From Eledone cirrhosa (lineage: Eukaryota), in the NCBI GenBank assembly GCA_964016885.1, contig OZ024743.1, positions 280,612,001 through 280,676,000 of the forward strand: a stretch of DNA of 64,000 bases, read 5' to 3'. Below the pieces are notes generated by a model. The model saw only the letters and a program-made list of their open reading frames with translations. It was not told the origin of the DNA and searched no databases. The position numbers were made by a program, and so were the translations under genes. Positions 54,258 through 64,000 of the stretch are shown here, in pieces. Position 1 is the stretch's first letter; every line of letters starts with the position of its first letter.

Positions 54258-54609
54258 GTAGACAAATGTAGTGGGATGAACGGATACACACACGTACATA
54301 TATATATATATCGTTTCTTCATATCTTTCTTAATAATGTATATTTTGCACATATACATTTTCCAATGTGTTGATGATGATTATATTAAAGAAATTGAAAA
54401 CAAATTGTCATTTTCCACTCATAGAAACGAATGGAAGCTGTGTGTAATGTTAAAATGAAGGAGATTTGAACTTGATTTATTCATAAAAGATATCAGATTC
54501 TACACAATTCATACAGTAATTATGATTTACGAAAAACATTTTTCTGAATCTTAAGATATACAGTCAGATGAATTTGTGTGTGAGCGATAGAGAGAGAGAG
54601 AGAAAGAGA

Positions 54610-54722
<113 letters not shown>

Positions 54723-54934
54723 TGTGGTAATCTTTATTTGAAATATGTGCCTTCCAATGCAAATGACCATAAGAGTAGTCGAAATAATGGTTGAGAAAAT
54801 AGGGTAAAATACCCTTAGAGACAGTTAATACACATACATACATGCATACATACATGCATACATACATACACACATACATACACACATACACAAATACATA
54901 CATACATACATATATACATACATAAAACAAATTA

Positions 54935-56445
54935 CCGATCTATTGCATGCCAAAACCTGATTTATAAGATGTATACAGCCTGCCTGAACCTATATCTCCA
55001 AGATCACTGTAACAGTAATAAAAAACATCATCACAGATGAACAAGCAACGGGAAAGTAAGGTGTTTTGGGGATGTGCTGAACAACTCCTAATCAACAAAA
55101 CTGCGATGTCGGAGGTGCGACTACTTAGGAGGAATATGGCTACAGTCTGACTGGACTACAGGAAAGCATTTTATTCTGTTCCCCACTCTTTGGTGATAGA
55201 GGCCTTCCAACTTGCTAAAGTCCCAAACATTATTATCAAAGCCATAGAGAAGCTGTCTTCTTCTTGGGATACTATCCTAAGGTTAAAGATAGAGAAGGAG
55301 GACTCTATTTTCACTGATAAAATAAAATATCGCAGGGGTATATTTCAAGGAGACAGTCTCTCTGTGATACTATTCATCCTGTCATTAAACCTCTTGTCCT
55401 TTCTGCTCAAGGAATGTGAAGGATATATTATTGGCTCACAGGAGAACAGAAATACGAACCTAACCCATAATTTCTTTGCCAAAACATAAATGTGATGAAT
55501 AAAAACCTGGTAACAACCTTCTCATAGGATGTAGGAATGGAGTTAGCCAAGATAAATGTTCATATATGATTGTAAAGCGGGGAAAAACTACAACCCAATC
55601 TTACAGCATTTTTATCAATGGCCTGACTGTTTCGCTGATATCTGGCGAGGACTACTACAGTTACCTACGGATAGATGAGAATATATTCTATAATGGTATT
55701 TGTAATAAGTAACGTATAACCAGGGAATGCTACACCCGATTAAGAAAAATATGGTCATCGGAACTCTCTGCGCACAATAAAACAGTGACTCACAATGTAT
55801 TTGCTGTGCCTGTCCTAACATCAACGTTTGGAATACTCGATTGGACGATAGACGAAATCCGAGCAATTGATGCTAAAACTCGAAAAATCAATAAACAACA
55901 CCTGGAACTTCAACATCAACAGTGGCATAGACCGCCTCTAATTGAAACGTAAGCAGGGAGGCAGAGGCCTAACATCAGTCCAGACAGCATTTGAATGTCA
56001 CATCATATCCCTCCGACAATATTTACGAACCTCCAAATGTAAGAGCCCATCTACTATGCAAGTATGTCTGCATAAGACAGATAAGATCATGATAGCTGAG
56101 CAGGAACTCCTTGAAAGATACCCCCTACATGATAATCATAAGTTCACACCCAGGAAAATTGCCCAGCAACACCGCAGCGAATCCATGGATGAAAAACTGT
56201 ATGCTTATCAGTAAAAAGTCATGCATGGATATGTTGCCAGGAAGCTCCAGAGTGAGAGTAATATAGACAAGGAAAGTAGTCTATCTTGGACCAACAACCG
56301 CTATATTGGCTCCCACTTTGAAGGATAAGCTTTTGCAATCCAAGAACAGGAAATCAACACAAAATATCTGATTCACAAAAGAGATAGGGATGTAGGCAAA
56401 ACACCTAGATGTGATAACAAGTGCAGATATTAACATCGAAGATGT
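54935..56445 (+). pseudogene. Degraded R4/Dong-like LINE reverse transcriptase fragment
   Basis: LDYRKAFYSVPH, RRGIFQGDSLSVILFILSLN, KQGGRGL, MHGY, SHFEG..FAIQEQEINTKYL motifs with stops and frameshifts. Confidence 0.8.
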
Positions 56446-56491
56446 ATGTATGAGTTATATAGAACGTTAATAATAATGCTCGATTCGTTTG

Positions 56492-56536
<45 letters not shown>

Positions 56537-56540
<4 letters not shown>

Positions 56541-58449
56541 ATTCAAAAACAAATATTAAAAGTAATATTGAAAACTTGGAGAGAACGCAGAAAATTCTAG
56601 TCAAATCTGACGAAACCAATAATCTTTACGGAATACAAAAGGACATTTATAACGATCTTATATTGAAGAAATTAAGGAAGAAATACAAAGTAGCAAATAA
56701 AGACGACCTTGAAAAATTGAATACAGATGCCTCTTATATAATGCATGAACTAGGCATTGAAAATAAGACACAACCCTTCATGCCAAGAAAACCTAAGATT
56801 AATATGAAGGATCACAAAAGAAACTTTGAAACTGATTTACCAGTCAGATTAATTGCACCATCTAAATCTGACCTTGGCAGACTTAGCAAAAATATTCTAG
56901 ACAGAATAATACCACAAATTAAGAATTTATCTTATTTAAAATTATAGAAAGGAACTAGTGAAGTTATCGATTGGTTTAAAGAAATTAAATATAACTATAA
57001 TAATAAGTTTATTCAGTTGGATATTGCTAACTATTACTCATCTATCACTCCTAATCTACTGAATAAAGCACTAAATTACGCATTTAAACATACAGACCTA
57101 ACTAACAATGAAATGCACATTATATTATCGGCACGGAAAACATTAATAGAATTTAATAACCAACTCTGGACAGATAGAAATAATAACTTCGATATAACTA
57201 TGGGATCATCCGATTCCGCTCAGGTAACGAATCTTGTGGGCCTCTTTATAAATAATTCTCTACATAGGAAAATACCTGAGATAACCGGAGGTTTATATCG
57301 TGACGACATGCTTTTACTTATAGAAAATAATAACTGTGAACTAAATAGAAAAAGAAAACAAATTATATAATTTTTTAATTACCTTAATCTAAAAGTAGAA
57401 ATAGAGAATAACCATAAAATAGTTAACTTTCTAGATGTAACACTAAATCTTAACACATGTCTTCATTATCCATTTCACAAACTAAATGAGAACTTAAACT
57501 ACGTCAATTTTAACTCTAATCATCCCAGATCCGTTAAAAATACTATAGTGAACTCTGTACAGGAACGAATTTCGAGAATTTCAGCTAATAAGAATATATT
57601 TGATGAAAAAGCACATTATTACAACGAAGCGTTAGATAGAGTTGGGTATAGAAATAAAATTAAATACATTGATAATAATAATAATATAACTAACCATAAT
57701 CGTAACAATTTTAACTATTGTAACAATTTTAACAACTATAATAGAAAACCTTACATTAATTCCGAAAGCAGAAAAAGGAATAGAACTAGCAACATATTAT
57801 GGTTCGCTCCTCCTTTCTCATTAAATATTAAAACCCCTATTGCTAAACTATTTTTAAAGCTCTTGACAAATGCTTCTCTAGAACACATAGGTATTACTCA
57901 ATTTTTAATAGACATACTATAAAATTAACTTATTCTTCCACCAAAAATTTAGCGCAAAATATTAATAGAATTAATAATAGAAATTTAAAACCTAACCAAA
58001 ATACCAATAATAACCCAAGCAATATCCAATTTGAAAAATGTAACTGTAGAAATAAATCTAACTGTCCGTTAAATAACAATTGCTTAGCTAAAAATATAGT
58101 ATATAATTGTAATGTAAAAACTAATTTAAATTCATTTAACTATGTGGGATCCACTTCCACAGAGTTTAAATCCCGCTTCAATAATCATAAAAATTCTTTT
58201 ACAGATCCAAACATAAAATCTTCAACTTCTCTATCTAGTCTATTATGGAACCTCAAACTAAAGAACGTTGAATATTCGTTGACTTGGAATATTATTTCAA
58301 AAGCTACTCCTTTTAACTCCTCTTCAGAAAATATATAGGAAATATTCTTTATATTAAAGACCAAAAATTCCCTGAACTTAAGGAATAATTTATTCAGTTG
58401 CTGTAGACATAGATTAAACTCAACGTTTAAATATAAATTTAAAATGTAA
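56537..58449 (+). pseudogene. Penelope-like RT-GIY-YIG ORF with stops and a frameshift
   Basis: ORFs 56489-56947, 57017-57370 and 57548-57922 in one frame separated by single stops; 58144-58338 in a shifted frame. Confidence 0.88.
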
Positions 58450-59945
58450 TATATAAATAATTAATTAATTCTATTAATATATTGAACCTGTCGATAAATC
58501 ATTAGATTCCTTCATCTTTTTTTTACTGATTATACACACAAGTAAAAATAACTTTTCTTCATAAATATAAATAAATATAATAAACTATTCTAGAGAAATA
58601 TACTGAGGGCTCTTGAAAGGAGAAAATATTTCTTATATTTTTTATTTTTTATTGTTTGATAGTTTCTCCTATTTTCGAAAGTTTATCCTTTCAAAGTTTC
58701 TGTTTATTTCTCTTATGAATATAAAATTAAGGTAAATATACGTAGAAAATTTCTATACTAAATCGATTAAACATACTATTATTTTGAAATTATAACTTGA
58801 AATATTCTATAATATTTTAAAGTTATATTGTTTTTAAAGTTATATTGCTTATAATTATATTTCCAAATCGTAATATAATTATTTTGTATTTTATGTACTT
58901 CAATTATACTTCTCTCTCTATATGTGTGTATATATGTATATGTGTGTATTGACATACATGTACATATGTTTTATGCGTGTATGTCTATCTGTATGTATAT
59001 ATATACGTGATGCGTATCTACCTATTTGTGTGGGTACATATATGTATGTATATGTGGGAATTGTGTATGTACATGTGCGTGTATATATCCATACAATTCG
59101 ATTGCACTTATGTATAGTGATTATCCCAAGATTCGTGACAAATAGACATATAATAATAGCCATAAATACATAACAGGTAATCTTATAAAACTTATATAAA
59201 AAATTTTGTTTAATAACATAAAGTATCTATAACATAAAATTTCCTTTAATATCTTAACAATTGTAACATTGATATAACTATATAACATAATTTTCATTCT
59301 CTGATTTTATAAGATTCATATATCTTAAATTAAAGAATCCTTTATATTTTGTAAGTATATATTATATACGTAGTTAGATATGTATATATATTTTTATAAG
59401 TGTGTATATATATTTATATGTATGTATTTTTTCGTGTGTATACGTTTTATATAATATATAGATCTTTAACAATATAATAATATATAGATTTCTTAATATA
59501 TAGAACCCAATTTTTAATATATTGATCTCAATATTTAACTGATTAACTAAACATCTAATCATATTTAAACAATGGTTAAATTTCTCATATTATATATGTA
59601 TATTCCATTCATGATTATTAACATTTCTAATTTTATTTATTCATTTCATCTCAATTGTTGAGATAACTCAACAAGATATGACTTAGAGTTTTTCGTTCTC
59701 TCTCCTTTCTCTGTCTCCTCTCTCTCTCTCTGTCTGTCTTTCTCTCTCTGTTGTTCTGCTCTTTCTCTCTCTTTCCTTCTCTATCTTTCTCTGTCTCCGT
59801 AACCCAACGGCTTATTTTAAAAATATCCAATACTAACTTAGTTAAAATTAAAGCTACAACTCCACTATCCGAGAGCTTCCAACAGTAATGGTTGCATTCT
59901 TTGAGGGTATGTCAATATTTATTTATAAAACTGTTCTATATTATA

Positions 59946-60006
59946 TTTTATCTGATGAAAGCACACCATAATTTAACCTGGTGTCCTTGAAATATGTATA
60001 ATGAAA
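59946..60006 (+). ncRNA. Type-I hammerhead in Penelope pLTR
   Basis: TTTTAT-CTGATGA-AAGCACACCA-loop-TGGTGTCCTT-GAAA-TATGTA-TA-ATGAAA overlapping AATAAA. Confidence 0.8.
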
Positions 60007-60132
60007 TAAATATGGTTTTATAAATATAGTTTCGATTTATTAATATCGTATTTTTACTTCAAATATTTGTTGAGTGCTTTATATCAGTTATAAAAATATT
60101 TGCTTGTTGTATCCCAACAATTTAAATAGAAC

Positions 60133-60194
<62 letters not shown>

Positions 60195-60211
60195 AGTTAA
60201 TATAAATTAAT

Positions 60212-60395
60212 TGTTTCTACTTTAGGCACAAGGCCAGCAATTACCCAGTGCATTACTGGTACTTTATTTTATCGACCCCGTAAGGATGAAAGGCAAAGTC
60301 AACCTCGGCGGGATTTGAACTCAGATCGTAAAGGGACGTAACTATGCTGGAAAGCATGGCGTCCGACCCTCTACCGATACTGCCAATCCACCGCC
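60212..60395 (-). mobile_element. Full-length tRNA-derived Nin-like SINE with 18-bp TSD
   Basis: A box TGGCAGTATCGG, B box GAGTTCAAATCC; AAGTTAATATAAATTAAT at 60194-60211 and 60396-60413. Confidence 0.92.
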
Positions 60396-60914
60396 AAGTT
60401 AATATAAATTAATATATGATAAACACATAAGTGTTTGTATTGCAAAAGACGAAGTTAGCTAGAATGAAATAAACTAATTAAAATAAATATAGTTTGTCCG
60501 TCTCGATATAAATCAATCAAAACAAGGTCATATTGGCAAAAGACGTGATTCCTGGACAAATTTAAATTTCAAAATCCAAACCTGCTCCGTAGATGAATTT
60601 GAACTTCAAAACCTAAATATGTTTCGTAACGGTGGTATAAAAAGTGAAATATTCAAATCTTCTGTGCTTATCAACAGGAATTCAGAAAAATTAGTACATT
60701 TCACCTCTAAAAATTTTGCAGGACTGGTTCACAAGCACAAACGCACGAGGTACGCTGGTTCACTAGCTATCTCATACTCACAGTGCTAGAAATAACAGCC
60801 GTTTATATGGGATTAAAAATTAGCTCGACAACTTGCATTTCACGGCTCAGAAATGCTTCTTTCTTTGAGCTAATTAATTGTAAATGACTGTTTGAGTTTA
60901 AAACTCTAAATATA

Positions 60915-61044
<130 letters not shown>

Positions 61045-61198
61045 ATCAAAAGATGGTTAAAAGAGTTCCATGTAATAACATTTGCGTTTTCGTCAGATAA
61101 AATCTTATATATTATTTATACTCCAGTCCTACAACTTGTAGAGTGCTACTTATCCGATATCTGCATTGCTTTATTGTACTACAATAAAACTCACCTCC

Positions 61199-62301
<1,103 letters not shown>

Positions 62302-62448
62302 AAAGAATAGAGGTGTAACACACAAGTTATGATATATTGGTAAACAGAAAAGAAAATGCTGACAAATTGTTCACAGTGAAAAATAGTTTAATTAGGAATA
62401 AGTGAGAATTAGTAATAGCATTGGTTAGTATTCAGTTTTGGTTTTAAG

Positions 62449-62484
62449 TTTTACCGGTTGCGCATTTCTAATGCTTTTCAAAAA
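62449..62484 (-). ncRNA. Degenerate U3-A8 hammerhead variant (relative of 28242-28277)
   Basis: Minus: TTT-TTGAAAA-GCAT-TAGAA-ATGC-GCAA-CCGG-TA-AAA. Confidence 0.5.
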
Positions 62485-62838
62485 TAATTTTGAGATAGAG
62501 CGTCCGTAAAAGAGATAACTAGGTAAACTTTATCTGGCTGTCCCTCGCGGAAGATAGTCTGTATCATTTGTCTATTATTTCTTCATAGTTACATTTTAAA
62601 CTTATAGCCTCGTTTAAATGATTATTTATGTGGTTGATTTATACGGACTAAGGGGAGGAAATACTGTATATATTTTATCTAATAATTCTTCAAACTTGCA
62701 ATTTTATATATAGCTCTGATTAATGATTATTTGCTTAATTAATTCTTCATTGAGCCACACCGTGAAAGGTAGCCAAACTCATATATGTATCTGTGACTAT
62801 GTCAAATTATATATATATATATCCCTTTGAATTTTATA

Positions 62839-63708
62839 TTTCCGCAAAATACATATAGTTAGCACCCCAAACATAAAATTGGGATTATACTAAGGTATAT
62901 CCTAATGTTTGTTGAGTGAGATGGTAGCCAGTCAGAGTATAGCTTAAGGCTTTCTCTGTTAATGTATTGAATATTTTACTCTTGATTTGGCCAGAGATGA
63001 ACATTTCCAGATACCTTTTAAGCGTAACTCTCCGTATTTATTATTATTATGAAATATTGATTGTTATTCTGGTATCATATCTCTGTTTTTAGCCTAAGAA
63101 AATACCTATATGCGTGTATAATTAATATATGCATACATTTATTTTTTTAAAATCTAATTGAGTTCTTAACACGCAGGGTTAAAATTGTTGAAAAAATTAA
63201 TTGACCCACGTGTAAATTATTTTACTTTCTTGTGTTTCGCGATTGCCTCCCTTTTCCGCTTCGTGATGCTGTGAAATTCCTCATTCTGAGACTGCTGGAA
63301 TTTCAAATTTGGCGGTCATTATGATGCGAGAAGGGACAATTTTCTGACACGAAAACTGACATTGGTAAGAGATTTTTTCTCATATCAATGTTTGACGGGC
63401 ATCCACTGATGATTTATAAGTGCCCACCTGCATATGTTCTTACAGAAAAATGTGCAGGCTTCTACATAACCCGGACACATTCTCCCAACTTGTAGAAAAC
63501 TTATAATGAAACAATTGTTTGGAAAGGGAGATATATTTTAATTTTAATTATATCTCATATAAAATAATACAACTGGCTTTCCGCAAAATACATATAGTTA
63601 GCACCCCAAACATAAAATTGGGATTATACTAAGGTATATCCTAATGTTTGTTGAGTGAGATGGTAGCCAGTCAGAGTATAGCTTAAGGCTTTCTCTGTTA
63701 ATGTATTG
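62839..63708 (+). mobile_element. Non-coding element with 131-bp terminal direct repeats (partial tandem, period 739 bp) containing an HHR
   Basis: 62839-62969 = 63578-63708; HHR at 63402-63523; ends in (TA)n. Confidence 0.72.
63402..63523 (+). ncRNA. Type-I hammerhead with branched, extended stem II
   Basis: TCCA-CTGATGA-T-TTATAAGT-[77 nt, two hairpins]-ACTTATAA-T-GAAA-CAATTG-TT-TGGA. Confidence 0.68.
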
Positions 63709-63727
63709 TATATATATATATATATGT

Positions 63728-63815
63728 GTCTACTTTAGGCACAAGGCCAGCAATTACCCAGTTCATTACTGGTACTTTATTTTATCGACCCTGTAAGGAT
63801 GAAAGGCAAAGTCAA
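63728..63815 (-). mobile_element. 3' fragment of Nin-like SINE
   Basis: Matches 60216-60302. Confidence 0.8.
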
Positions 63816-63890
63816 GGGAACGATAAAACTGAGATACAAAATATGTTACTAGTTTCACGCTTTATATAAAAAAGGGAAATATATATATGC

Positions 63891-64000
<110 letters not shown>

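Larger units (their letters stand above)
56537..60135 (+). mobile_element. 5'-truncated Penelope-like element (RT + GIY-YIG) with long AT-rich 3' region ending in an HHR-bearing pLTR
   Basis: RT: KDHK..RLIAPSKSDLG, DIANYYSSI, FDITMGSSDSA, GGLYRDD, NFLDVTL, SNHP; EN: CNCRNKSNCPLNNNC..IVY..YVGST..FKSRFNNH; starts and ends at (TA)n. Confidence 0.9.

Noticed and set aside
58598-58640. CTGAGGG-CTCTT-GAA-AGGAG-AAAA motif after the Penelope ORF
   Set aside because: Core deviates from consensus and stem I is weak; insufficient support

Overview
AT-rich eukaryotic (animal) genomic DNA saturated with microsatellites ((TA)n, (CA)n, (TACA)n, (GATA)n, (CT)n, CAC/CAT tracts). The SINE and repeat content resembles a coleoid cephalopod (octopus) genome; this is inference. 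Almost every ORF in the supplied track is a translated microsatellite. The coding signal I can support is retroelement-derived: a near full-length Tx1/L1-clade LINE (48.5-54.2 kb, minus) with two related copies, a CRE-like RLE-LINE fragment, an R4/Dong-like RT relic and a Penelope-like element (RT + GIY-YIG). There are also tRNA-derived SINEs, two MITEs and a few candidate host exons. The main unannotated signal is roughly 15-20 type-I hammerhead ribozyme (HHR) motifs from several unrelated Penelope-pLTR-like families. Most lie in fold-back palindromes with both 3' ends pointing outward into (TA)n tracts. They include a 484-bp tandem HHR unit (retrozyme/circRNA-like), a U3-A8 core variant with covarying stems, HHRs with very large branched stem II inserts, and palindromes centred on the HHR stem II loop. 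All structures were read by eye; no folding or database search was run.
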